DNA of 46,932 nucleotides from assembly GCA_044343505.1 (NCBI GenBank), contig JAWCDI010000001.1, positions 1 to 46,932 on the forward strand, written 5' to 3'. The DNA is from Candidatus Aenigmatarchaeota archaeon (GTDB lineage: Archaea > Aenigmatarchaeota > Aenigmatarchaeia > CG10238-14 > SCSR01). Shown here in pieces: positions 9,305 to 17,076 of this stretch. Positions within the stretch are counted from its first letter, which is position 1; every line of letters begins with the position of its first letter. The position numbers and the translations under genes were made by a program. The notes beneath the pieces were generated by a model, which had not been told where the DNA came from, did not search any database, and saw only the letters and a program-made list of their open reading frames with translations.

Positions 9305-10555
9305 TTATTTGAAGTTTCCCCTTTTTATTTTTCCTTTGAACTTTTCGTAAGAGAATTTTAAAGCTTCTATTCCTGGCATAGGACTACCAGAGAGATAAGT
9401 TATTAAAGCTCCTCCACCTAAGCTTATGTAAGAAAATTTCTCTTTTTCGATACCAAGCTTTTCTATCGCCAAGCTTGTGTCTCCGCCTCCGATCAAACTG
9501 AAGGATTTTGAGTTAGCTATAGCTTTAAGAATTTCTCTAGTTCCAATTTCAAATCCATCTTTCTCGTAAACTCCTGCAGGACCTTTCACGACTATGTTTT
9601 TAGCCTTACTTATAAATTCAACGTAATTTTTAATAGTTTCTTTTCCTATGTCAAGGATCATATTATCACAAGGGAGTTCTTCCACCCTTAATTCTTTTCT
9701 TTTCCCATTTTCTTCTACAGCCACATCTACAGGAACTTCTATTTTTTCTCCACGTCTTTTTAAAATTTCCCTCGCTTTAGGTATCAATCCTGAAAAACCC
9801 TTTTCTTCAAAAAATTTTTCCGTGGCTTTTCCCAATTCATAGTTAGTTGCTAAAAAAATTTCACCCACAATACCACAAGTTAAAACTTTTTCGATACATT
9901 CAGGCTTTTTTTCAAGGAAGTGCTCCATTATTTTTAAACAATCATCAGGCTTTGCTCCACCAAGGATGAAAACACTTGCTCCACTGTGCACTTTTTCCAC
10001 ACAGGTTATTTCTTTTTCCATGATTTTTCCAGCAACCGTTGGCAACAAAGGCGCAAACCCTACGATTGAAGCATGAGATCTATGGGAAACAGAAAAGGCA
10101 TCTAGCACGAATACATCAGCAAGTTTAGATAGGGTTTGCACAAGTTTGCTCTCGGAATGTTCTTCTATACTTTTCTCTTGAGTTTCCTCGTCTAAAAACC
10201 TCACGTTGTCGAGGAGCAAAGCTTCACCTTCTTTCAAATTCTTTATTTCATTCAAAGCTTTTCTCCCAACAACATCATCAACAAATTTTACTTCTCTACC
10301 CAAATGTTTACTCAAAAGCTTTGCATGTTCTTCCAAACTCGTGAAATCTTCATCCCCCTTCCTACCTTGGTGAGCGAGAATAACAACTTTTGACTTTTTG
10401 TCCAAAAGAAATTGAATTGTTTTTGCATGCTCTCTTATCCTTTCACAATCTTCTATCTTTTTTTCTTCTTTGTTGTAGGGGGCATTCAGATCTACTCTTA
10501 AAAGGACAGTTTTTCCTTCTAAGTTAAAATCTTCTAACGTAAAAAATTCTTTCAT
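9305..10555 (-). CDS. pgk: Phosphoglycerate kinase
   Basis: Canonical PGK blocks are present (VLLRVDLNAP, AHQGR, LLDNVRF, GGAK, GGGD, STGGGA-like). ATG 10555 (MKEFFTLEDF) is preferred over the upstream TTG at 10570. Confidence 0.95.
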   Translation of the reverse strand: MKEFFTLEDFNLEGKTVLLRVDLNAPYNKEEKKIEDCERIREHAKTIQFLLDKKSKVVILAHQGRKGDEDFTSLEEHAKLLSKHLGREVKFVDDVVGRKALNEIKNLKEGEALLLDNVRFLDEETQEKSIEEHSESKLVQTLSKLADVFVLDAFSVSHRSHASIVGFAPLLPTVAGKIMEKEITCVEKVHSGASVFILGGAKPDDCLKIMEHFLEKKPECIEKVLTCGIVGEIFLATNYELGKATEKFFEEKGFSGLIPKAREILKRRGEKIEVPVDVAVEENGKRKELRVEELPCDNMILDIGKETIKNYVEFISKAKNIVVKGPAGVYEKDGFEIGTREILKAIANSKSFSLIGGGDTSLAIEKLGIEKEKFSYISLGGGALITYLSGSPMPGIEALKFSYEKFKGKIKRGNFK

Positions 10556-10559
10556 GAGT

Positions 10560-11594
10560 TCACTTTTCAATTCCCAAAGCTCTATTCGTCTTTTCTATCG
10601 ATTTAAATTTATCGGTTTCAATTCCAGTTATGGCTCTAATCGCATCTATTGTTTCAGGAATTACAATTGCTTCTGAATGCACAACATGGATCCAATAAAA
10701 TCTGTTTTTTTCTACTGTAATGGATTCGTCCAAAATCGCAACTTCATACATATCATACCTTGGTCTACAAAGATCTCTATATCTTTCTATTATTTCAGAA
10801 GTTGCTGTATAACCATGGGAAGCTTTTAGCAATATCATCCTAGACCCTTCTTCAAAAGCTTTTTTAAATTCTTCTATGCTCGATTGCTTCTTTAACTTAC
10901 CTGTTATCATGTGGACATGAGCTAAAGTCGAAGGAACCTTAACTGCCATGGTTTTAATGTTTATTTGAGGTAGGACAGTTTGTAAGTCAGGACCTTGATG
11001 CGAAGGAACGTGGGTTTCTGGAACGATAGCATTTATCGGTCCGGATTTTTCATCCCAAGGATCTGTTGCCCTTCTCACAAGAGCTACGAAAACTTCTTCA
11101 ACTCCGAATTTTTGGTCTATCGTGAAAAGCGTTCTTGCTAGAGAAGTTGTGTTGCAACTTACAACCCTGACAGAATTTTTATTCAAAGCCTTTTCATAAT
11201 TTGCTATTGCAACAAAACTTACATCGGCAACTTCTGCTCTCTCCCCACCTTGAAACACCATTTTAACTTTATACTTTTGGTACAAAGGCTTATTCTTCTC
11301 ACCAATTTTTGCTGGCGTGCAATCACAAATAACATCAACTTCTCCGGAAGCCAGCAAATCTTCAAGTAATCCTTTAACGTACATTCCACCTTCAGTCAAA
11401 GCTTTCATACCTTCTTGATTAGAAGCATACAAATCGGTTTTGTACAGAGGCCCTTTAGGTTCAAGAACAGTTCTCAACCAGCTTGTAGGAGCAACATCTG
11501 CTATACCAACAAGCTTCATATCATCTTGAAGCTTAATAGCATGAGCAACTCTTTTCCCAATTGTGCCAACACCATTTACAACAACCCTTATCAT
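10560..11594 (-). CDS. gap: Glyceraldehyde-3-phosphate dehydrogenase, archaeal type II
   Basis: VNGVGTIGKRVA Rossmann N-terminus and SCNTT active-site Cys block. The length is about 344 aa. GAGG lies 5-8 nt upstream of the ATG. Confidence 0.95.
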   Translation of the reverse strand: MIRVVVNGVGTIGKRVAHAIKLQDDMKLVGIADVAPTSWLRTVLEPKGPLYKTDLYASNQEGMKALTEGGMYVKGLLEDLLASGEVDVICDCTPAKIGEKNKPLYQKYKVKMVFQGGERAEVADVSFVAIANYEKALNKNSVRVVSCNTTSLARTLFTIDQKFGVEEVFVALVRRATDPWDEKSGPINAIVPETHVPSHQGPDLQTVLPQINIKTMAVKVPSTLAHVHMITGKLKKQSSIEEFKKAFEEGSRMILLKASHGYTATSEIIERYRDLCRPRYDMYEVAILDESITVEKNRFYWIHVVHSEAIVIPETIDAIRAITGIETDKFKSIEKTNRALGIEK

Positions 11595-11760
11595 GTGCCT
11601 CTTTAAATTAAATTTGTTGTAGGGATTAAATAAATTTAATCGAGGAAAAAGCTTGTTTTTGTTAAACTCTTCAACAAGTCCGAGTTAAAGTAATAAAAGG
11701 AAGAAGAGAGTAGAAGCTATAGAAGTTGTTATCTACCAACGAAAAAGTTTTAACTATTTG

Positions 11761-11999
11761 TTGAAGGTAGTGGTTATTGACTTTAACCCAAGCTTGAATT
11801 TCAAGTTGGCAAAAAACTTGAAATTCGACAAACGAAAGAAAATGTTGATCAAAATTGCAAGCGTGAGTGCTTATTTGCTGCAGGTAATGTTACTGATGTT
11901 AAATAGAAATAGATAATAATAGCTACAGGAGAAAGTGTTAAAACTGCCCTTTTGGCTCACGAATACCTTCAACGTAAGTCTCTTATGAAATATCATTGA
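11761..11999 (+). pseudogene. Decayed C-terminal remnant of a thioredoxin-reductase-like FAD/NAD(P) disulfide oxidoreductase
   Basis: Translation gives VVVIDFNPSLNFKLAKNL, then a frameshift, then ENVDQNCKRECLFAAGNVTDVK*K*IIIATGESVKTALLAHEYL. This is collinear with the TrxB C-terminus (GVFxxIGxxPN...T..pGvFAAGDv...Q.i.A.g.G..AA..a..yl). It carries two in-frame TAG stops and at least one frameshift. Weaker traces may extend upstream to about 11660. Confidence 0.5.
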
Positions 12000-12736
12000 A
12001 GTGTGTAGCCACCATCCGCAACTATACATTGGCCTGTTATAAAACTTGAATCATCGCTCGCCAGGAAAACTGCTACATTCGCTATGTCTATTGGCTTACC
12101 CCATCTCCCTATTGGAATTGCTTTTTTCAGCTGCTCGTACATTTCTGTTCCTAAAGCTTGGGTCCCAGGTGTCTCTATCGGGCCAGGAGCTATGGCATTA
12201 ACGTTTATGCCAAAGGGAGCGAGCTCTAGAGCTAAAGCACGGGTGAAGCCTACCATTCCCGCCTTGCTTGCAGAGTAGTGAACAAGTTGCTGAAAGCCTA
12301 TAACACTTCCTGCTATCGAGGAGATGTTTATTATCTTACCATATCTTTGTTGAACCATGATAGGAACAACAGCTTTAGTACAATTGTAAGTTCCTTTCAA
12401 GTTCACGTTCAAAACTTTATCCCAATCTTTCTCTTCCATCTCAACAAAAGGTTTGAAGGGAAATATACCAGCGTTGTTGACTAGAATATCAATTCTACCG
12501 AATTTATTTAAAACTTCTTGAGCCATTTTTTCCGCATCTTCCCTGCTAGAAACATCAACTTTTAAGGCTAAGGCCTCACCTCCCAAACTTTCTATCTCTT
12601 TCGCTACTTCTACCTCTTTTCCTGTTATGTCCGTGACAACAACTTTTGCTCCCTCTTTTGCAAAACACAAAGCTATTTCCCTTCCTATACCTTGACCGGC
12701 ACCAGTAACTATTGCAACCTTGTCTTTCAGCTTCAT
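11993..12736 (-). CDS. Short-chain dehydrogenase/reductase (FabG-like)
   Basis: TGAGQGIG cofactor motif, NNAG, and a YSASK catalytic tetrad region. Confidence 0.9.
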   Translation of the reverse strand: MKLKDKVAIVTGAGQGIGREIALCFAKEGAKVVVTDITGKEVEVAKEIESLGGEALALKVDVSSREDAEKMAQEVLNKFGRIDILVNNAGIFPFKPFVEMEEKDWDKVLNVNLKGTYNCTKAVVPIMVQQRYGKIINISSIAGSVIGFQQLVHYSASKAGMVGFTRALALELAPFGINVNAIAPGPIETPGTQALGTEMYEQLKKAIPIGRWGKPIDIANVAVFLASDDSSFITGQCIVADGGYTLQ

Positions 12737-12766
12737 ATTATTAAATTGAGATTTTTTAATATATTT

Positions 12767-13432
12767 TTATTCAATATTTTTTGCAAATTCTTCCAAAATT
12801 TTTTCATGGTTACTTGCTTTAACGACACTTGAAGAAACTAACACGCCAACAGTACCTAGCTCAAAAGCTTTTTTGACATCCAAGCCAGAAGAAATTCCAG
12901 CTCCACATAAAACTTTCACTTCAGGTTCAACACTCCTTATAACTTCCACAAATTTCTTCACGCTATCAGGCTTTATCCTGGAAATTGCTCTTCCGGTTCC
13001 GATCAAAACAGGATCTTCGTAAGCTAAAAACTCAGGCTTTAATCTTGCTATTTTCTTCCCTTCTTCCAAGCTTTCAGCACAACAAACTGTAACAAGCCTA
13101 TTTTCCTTAGCAACTTCCACACACTTTTTAATTTCTTTAAAATCAAGCTTTTTTTCAGAATGATTTAAAATAACACCTTTGGCACCAGCTTGTTTGATAG
13201 CTTTAGCACTTATGTGTCCTGTGAAAGGGCCTTCTTCAACAGCATCCAAGTGTTGAGCAAAAACTGTTATTTTCAGATTTTTCGCTATTCGTGGTATGTC
13301 TGTGAACTGAGGTGCGACCGCAAAATTCACACCAGATTTTTTAGAAATTTTTTCACAAATTTTTGCGAGCTTGTAAGCTTTTCTCCCAGAAATATAACAC
13401 TTGAAATTTATGAGGATCAACGGTAACTTCAT
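12767..13432 (-). CDS. tpiA: Triosephosphate isomerase (short archaeal type)
   Basis: LINFKCY near the N-terminus, ILNHSEKK (catalytic His), AYEDPVLIGTG (catalytic Glu), and a length of about 221 aa. Confidence 0.9.
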   Translation of the reverse strand: MKLPLILINFKCYISGRKAYKLAKICEKISKKSGVNFAVAPQFTDIPRIAKNLKITVFAQHLDAVEEGPFTGHISAKAIKQAGAKGVILNHSEKKLDFKEIKKCVEVAKENRLVTVCCAESLEEGKKIARLKPEFLAYEDPVLIGTGRAISRIKPDSVKKFVEVIRSVEPEVKVLCGAGISSGLDVKKAFELGTVGVLVSSSVVKASNHEKILEEFAKNIE

Positions 13433-13463
13433 AATTCTATTTTGGAAGTGCTAAGAAAAATTT

Positions 13464-13886
13464 TTACCATCTCTTCTTAGCACCAATAGCTAGAGAAATC
13501 TGTTCTAAAGTTAAAAATTTTGTTTTAAGCTTGGAAGCATCAGCCTCTTCTATTTTCTTAAATTCTTTATTTCTAAATTCTTCCGGCAAACCTACAAAAA
13601 CTTTGAGGTTTTTGTAGGCTTTTCTTCCCTTCGCTTTCTTCCAAGGTAGCATACCTCTCACAGTTCTTCTGAAAATCCCGTCAGGAGTTTTGGGAAAGAA
13701 AGGTCCGTGCTTAACGTCGCCTCTCCAAATCTTTTCTAAATATTTTTTTACGATGTACTTCGGATTCCCGGAAACCACAGCTTTTTCACAATTAACAACG
13801 AAAACCTTCTCCCCATTCAACAAATCTTTTGCTATTCTTGAGCAAAGTCTTCCCAAAATTTGATTCTCAGCATCGTATATTATCAT
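13464..13886 (-). CDS. rpl13: Ribosomal protein uL13
   Basis: IIYDAENQILGRLCSRIAK... is a typical archaeal L13 N-terminus, and the gene follows eL18 as in the conserved cluster. Confidence 0.95.
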   Translation of the reverse strand: MIIYDAENQILGRLCSRIAKDLLNGEKVFVVNCEKAVVSGNPKYIVKKYLEKIWRGDVKHGPFFPKTPDGIFRRTVRGMLPWKKAKGRKAYKNLKVFVGLPEEFRNKEFKKIEEADASKLKTKFLTLEQISLAIGAKKRW

Positions 13887-13888
13887 AA

Positions 13889-14251
13889 CTACACCAAAAT
13901 CCTAACTCCACTTCCTTTTGGATTTTCTTTCAACAGATCTTCTATTTTCATCGTTCTACCACCAACTTTTTTAATCTTTTCTTCAGCCTTTGATGAAAAT
14001 CTCCATGCCGCGACTTTAACAGGTTTTGTTATCTTGCCATTACTCAAAACTACTCCAGGAACCACGACAGTTTCTCCTTCTGAACAATTTCTATCTATTT
14101 CATAAACATTCACTTCAACTTTTTTCCTCCTCGGTCTTTCCAGTTTTTCAGCTACGGCATACCAAATCGGGGCATTGAGCTCTCTCGATTTTCGTTTCAA
14201 TTCTTCTATCAGTTGCTGTAAGTATGGATTTGTGGGTCCAGTCGGCTTCAT
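13889..14251 (-). CDS. rpl18e: Ribosomal protein eL18 (L18e)
   Basis: TNPYLQQLIEELKRKS...PIWYAVAEKLERPRR is a typical L18e pattern, and the gene lies 2 nt upstream of uL13. Confidence 0.9.
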   Translation of the reverse strand: MKPTGPTNPYLQQLIEELKRKSRELNAPIWYAVAEKLERPRRKKVEVNVYEIDRNCSEGETVVVPGVVLSNGKITKPVKVAAWRFSSKAEEKIKKVGGRTMKIEDLLKENPKGSGVRILV

Positions 14252-14284
14252 TTGACCACTCTCTTAATTTTTGATTAATAGTTT

Positions 14285-14665
14285 TTAAGCTTTTTCAACT
14301 CTTATTTTTTCTCCATGTTTCACCCTCTCAAGTACTTCGATAAAATTTTCAGTTGTTATTCTACCAAAAACGTTTACAGGAGAATAAGCTCTAGGTTTTT
14401 CATTTTTTGAAGCAGGAGTTTTACCGAAGAAAATACAGAAGCAGGAACCTTCAACCCAATAAGCTAGGTCACCAACTTCAACCTCTTCTTGCGAGTTTTC
14501 CTTCTCGATTCTTACCGGAATTTCAAAGTAAATTTCTTTACCCCATAATTTAGCTTTACTTTCTATCGGCAAAGCTTGAATTATGGCTCTGGCTGTCTTT
14601 GGATTTTTCGTTTCATCTATTTCAGCTTCTATAGTGCCAAACCTGGTTTTAATTAAAATTTTCAT
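14285..14665 (-). CDS. Cyclophilin-like fold protein (COG2164 / TM1367-like family)
   Basis: MKILIKTRFGTIEAEIDETKNPKTARAIIQALP...GDLAYWVEGSCFCIFFGKTP matches this family pattern. The start is set at ATG 14665, because the track ORF extension (14666-14698) reads through the tRNA. Confidence 0.7.
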   Translation of the reverse strand: MKILIKTRFGTIEAEIDETKNPKTARAIIQALPIESKAKLWGKEIYFEIPVRIEKENSQEEVEVGDLAYWVEGSCFCIFFGKTPASKNEKPRAYSPVNVFGRITTENFIEVLERVKHGEKIRVEKA

Positions 14666-14666
14666 A

Positions 14667-14752
14667 TGCGCCAGCCGGGATTTGAACCCGGGTCCCATTC
14701 AAGTCAACATAGCTTGGGAAGCTCGTGTCCTACCAGGCTAGACTACTGGCGC
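14667..14752 (-). tRNA. tRNA-Gly (anticodon CCC) with a 13-nt non-canonical intron; CCA not encoded
   Basis: The hand fold gives acceptor GCGCCAG/CTGGCGC, D arm GTCT-AGCCTGGTA-GGAC, T arm CCGGG-TTCAAAT-CCCGG and discriminator A. The anticodon stem CGAGC / loop TTCCCAA closes only after removal of 13 nt, which gives the 3' strand GCT+TG (one G-U pair). The variable loop is GGAC. Confidence 0.85.
14698..14710 (-). other. Predicted tRNA intron (ATGTTGACTTGAA) between tRNA positions 41 and 42
   Basis: The pre-tRNA can form a 4-bp helix CAAG/CTTG. It is followed on the 3' strand by a 3-nt bulge (AAT) and then by the outer helix TTCC/GGGA. On the 5' strand it is followed by CTA and a short loop, giving a relaxed helix-bulge-helix-loop motif. 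Cutting after the second bulge nucleotide on each strand gives exactly the mature Gly-CCC anticodon arm. Confidence 0.6.
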
Positions 14753-14774
14753 ATCATTTAATTTTTCTCTTATC

Positions 14775-14805
14775 TTTATAAATCTCCTTCGAAAGCTATA
14801 AATAC
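14775..14805. promoter_or_regulatory. Divergent promoter elements for tRNA-Gly and the HTH regulator gene
   Basis: The palindromic TTTATAAA at 14775-14782 lies 23-30 nt upstream of the tRNA 5' end (14752). CTATAAAT at about 14797-14804 lies about 24-31 nt upstream of ATG 14828. Confidence 0.4.
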
Positions 14806-14827
14806 AACCAAGTTATAAAGGAATATT

Positions 14828-15130
14828 ATGTCTGTGTTTTGTGAGATGATTGTAAAACAGATAATTCCGGCTGTTAGAGTGAGGACTACAAAACAACTTT
14901 ATGCTAATGGGATGAAGCAAGAAGATATTGCGATGAAGCTTGGTTTAACTCAAGCTGCTATAAGCAAGTATTTGACGGGAAAATATACGCAAGAAATAAG
15001 AAAGTTGGAAAGGAGTGAAGTAGTGAAGAAAATTTCTGACGAAATCGTTAGGGTGATTCTGAAAAAATCTTTCAAGAGGTCAGACTTTCAAAAAATCGTT
15101 TGTGAATATTGTAAAAAGGAGATGAGGTGA
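14828..15130 (+). CDS. Small HTH transcriptional regulator (COG2522-like)
   Basis: MKQEDIAMKLGLTQAAISKYLTGK is a clear helix-turn-helix segment. The gene lies immediately upstream of the Fe-S assembly genes. Confidence 0.7.
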   Translation: MSVFCEMIVKQIIPAVRVRTTKQLYANGMKQEDIAMKLGLTQAAISKYLTGKYTQEIRKLERSEVVKKISDEIVRVILKKSFKRSDFQKIVCEYCKKEMR

Positions 15131-15134
15131 TTTT

Positions 15135-15236
15135 ATGAGCTATGATTTGGAGGAAATAGATTTTCCTGAAAAAAAGAAGAAGTACAGGAGAGTTTACAAG
15201 AAAGGTTTCAGGAGAAAAAGCGTTCAGAGGTTGTAA
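15135..15236 (+). CDS. Candidate 33-aa basic micro-protein (MSYDLEEIDFPEKKKKYRRVYKKGFRRKSVQRL)
   Basis: It is absent from the ORF track because it is under 60 aa. The ATG lies 4 nt after the regulator stop and is preceded by GGAGATGAGGTGA (SD-like). Its TAA ends 1 nt before the iscS ATG, so it fills the spacer exactly. Confidence 0.35.
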   Translation: MSYDLEEIDFPEKKKKYRRVYKKGFRRKSVQRL

Positions 15237-15237
15237 G

Positions 15238-16398
15238 ATGAAGAGAATTTACATGGATTACGCATCAACCACTCCTGTAGACCCAAGAGTTTTAAGGGCC
15301 ATGTTGCCATACTTTTCAAAAAAATTTGGAAACACGATGAGTTTACATTCTTTTGGACAAGAAGCAAAGAGAGCCCTGGAAGATGCGAGGGAAAAAGTTG
15401 CTAAGCTCATGAACGCTGAGGATGGCAAAGTGATTTTCACAAGCAGTGCAACCGAAGCTAACAATCTTGCTTTGAAGGGAATAGCTTTTGCCAATCGCGA
15501 CAAGGGGAAACACATAATTGTTTCTTCCATAGAGCACCATTGCGTTCTTGAAGCTGCTCGTTGGCTTGAAACTCAAGGTTTTCAAGTTAGTTACTTGCCT
15601 GTGGACAGATATGGTTTAGTTGATCCTGGAAAAGTGGAAGAAGAGATAAGAAAAGACACTATCTTGGTTTCGATCATGCACGCAAACAACGAAATTGGAA
15701 CTATAGAGCCAATAGAAGAAATAGGTAGGATTTGCAGGCGAAGAGGAGTTTATTTCCACACAGATGCTGCCCAAAGCTACGGAAAAATTCCAGTCGATGT
15801 AGAAAAAATGAACATCGATTTGCTCACGGCTAGCGCTCATAAGATGTATGGACCAAAAGGTGTGGGAGCTTTGTTTATTGCTGATAACGTGAAGATTGAG
15901 CCTTTGTTACATGGAGGTGGTCATGAGTTTGGCTTTCGTTCCAGCACTGTAAATGTTGCTGGTATAGTTGGTTTTGGTGTTGCTGCTGAAATTGCAAAGA
16001 AAGAGATGAAAGCTGAATCTACGAAGTTGAAAAAGTTTAGAGATAAACTGATTAAAGGGGTTCTAGAGATAGAAAAATCTTACTTGAACGGCCATCCGAT
16101 TAAAAGATTGCCGAACAACACAAACTTCAGATTTGATTTCATAGAAGGCGAGAGCTTAGTCACTTACCTTGATATGAAAGGTATAGCAGCTTCAACCGGT
16201 TCGGCATGTTCTTCAGAATCTTTAGAACCAAGCCATGTTTTGCTGGCTATTGGCTTGAAACCACACGAAGCTCATGGAAGCTTGAGATTAAGCTTGGGAA
16301 GATGGACAAAAAAAGAAGAAATTGATTATGTGCTTGAAGTTTTGCCTGGTATTGTTGCAAAGTTGAGAGAAATTTCACCTTATAAAGAAAAGTGGTGA
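15238..16398 (+). CDS. iscS: Cysteine desulfurase (NifS/IscS class V aminotransferase)
   Basis: IYMDYASTTPVDPRV, SAHKMYGPKG (PLP lysine) and SSGSACSS-like STGSACSS (catalytic Cys loop). Confidence 0.95.
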   Translation: MKRIYMDYASTTPVDPRVLRAMLPYFSKKFGNTMSLHSFGQEAKRALEDAREKVAKLMNAEDGKVIFTSSATEANNLALKGIAFANRDKGKHIIVSSIEHHCVLEAARWLETQGFQVSYLPVDRYGLVDPGKVEEEIRKDTILVSIMHANNEIGTIEPIEEIGRICRRRGVYFHTDAAQSYGKIPVDVEKMNIDLLTASAHKMYGPKGVGALFIADNVKIEPLLHGGGHEFGFRSSTVNVAGIVGFGVAAEIAKKEMKAESTKLKKFRDKLIKGVLEIEKSYLNGHPIKRLPNNTNFRFDFIEGESLVTYLDMKGIAASTGSACSSESLEPSHVLLAIGLKPHEAHGSLRLSLGRWTKKEEIDYVLEVLPGIVAKLREISPYKEKW

Positions 16399-16399
16399 G

Positions 16400-16912
16400 A
16401 TGAAACAATCTTTGCCTTATTCCAAACAAATAATTGAACACTTCAAAAAACCAAGAAACATGGGCAGAATTAAAACTCCCGATGCTATAGGTGAAGCTGG
16501 AAACTTGATATGTGGTGACGTTATGAAACTTTACTTGAAAATTGGAAAAAATAAAAAAGGTGAAAAAATAGTCAAAGACATAAAGTTTGAGACTTTTGGC
16601 TGTATTGTTGCAATTGCTAACAGTAGCATGCTCACAACAATGGTTAAAGGAAAAACTTTGGAAGAAGTGATAAAGATAAAAAAAGAAGATCTGATAAAAA
16701 AGCTCGGCAAACCTTTACCGTCAATAAAAATTCATTGTTCAATTTTGGCTTTGGATGCTTTGCACGAGGCTTTGTATGATTATTATGTTAAAGAGAAGTT
16801 ACCAGTTCCCGAAGAACTCAAGATATCTCATGAAAGAATTGAAAAAAGTTTAAAGGAAATAGAAAAAATGCATAGAGGATTTGTTGAGATGGAGAGAAAA
16901 ATTCTAAAGTAG
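16400..16912 (+). CDS. iscU: Fe-S cluster scaffold protein IscU/NifU N-terminal type, with a C-terminal extension
   Basis: HFKKPRNMG, GNLICGD, FGCIVAIA and IHCSILA provide the three conserved Cys ligands. The start lies 2 nt after the iscS stop. Confidence 0.9.
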   Translation: MKQSLPYSKQIIEHFKKPRNMGRIKTPDAIGEAGNLICGDVMKLYLKIGKNKKGEKIVKDIKFETFGCIVAIANSSMLTTMVKGKTLEEVIKIKKEDLIKKLGKPLPSIKIHCSILALDALHEALYDYYVKEKLPVPEELKISHERIEKSLKEIEKMHRGFVEMERKILK

Positions 16913-17076
16913 ATGCCAATTCTTCTCGTAAAAATCATGGGCTTTTAAATAATATTCTATACTACTTTTTCTGGGCTCCAAGGCGTGGAGATATTCCAGC
17001 TTTCTGCATCTTTTCAGGATATTTATCTCCTCGTTCATTTTGTTCAAATGTAGCACTAAAATGGTACTTAACTCTG

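Noticed and set aside
14666-14698. N-terminal extension (MGPGFKSRLAH) of track ORF 14285..14698
   Set aside because: These codons are the 3' part of the tRNA-Gly gene read in frame. The family-typical start MKILIKT is at 14665.
16904-17038. 44-codon minus-strand ORF (MNEEINILKRCRKLEYLH...) in the iscU/17077 gap
   Set aside because: It has an ATG start but no SD or TATA signal I could see. It overlaps the convergent iscU 3' end and has no motif. The evidence is too weak to call it.
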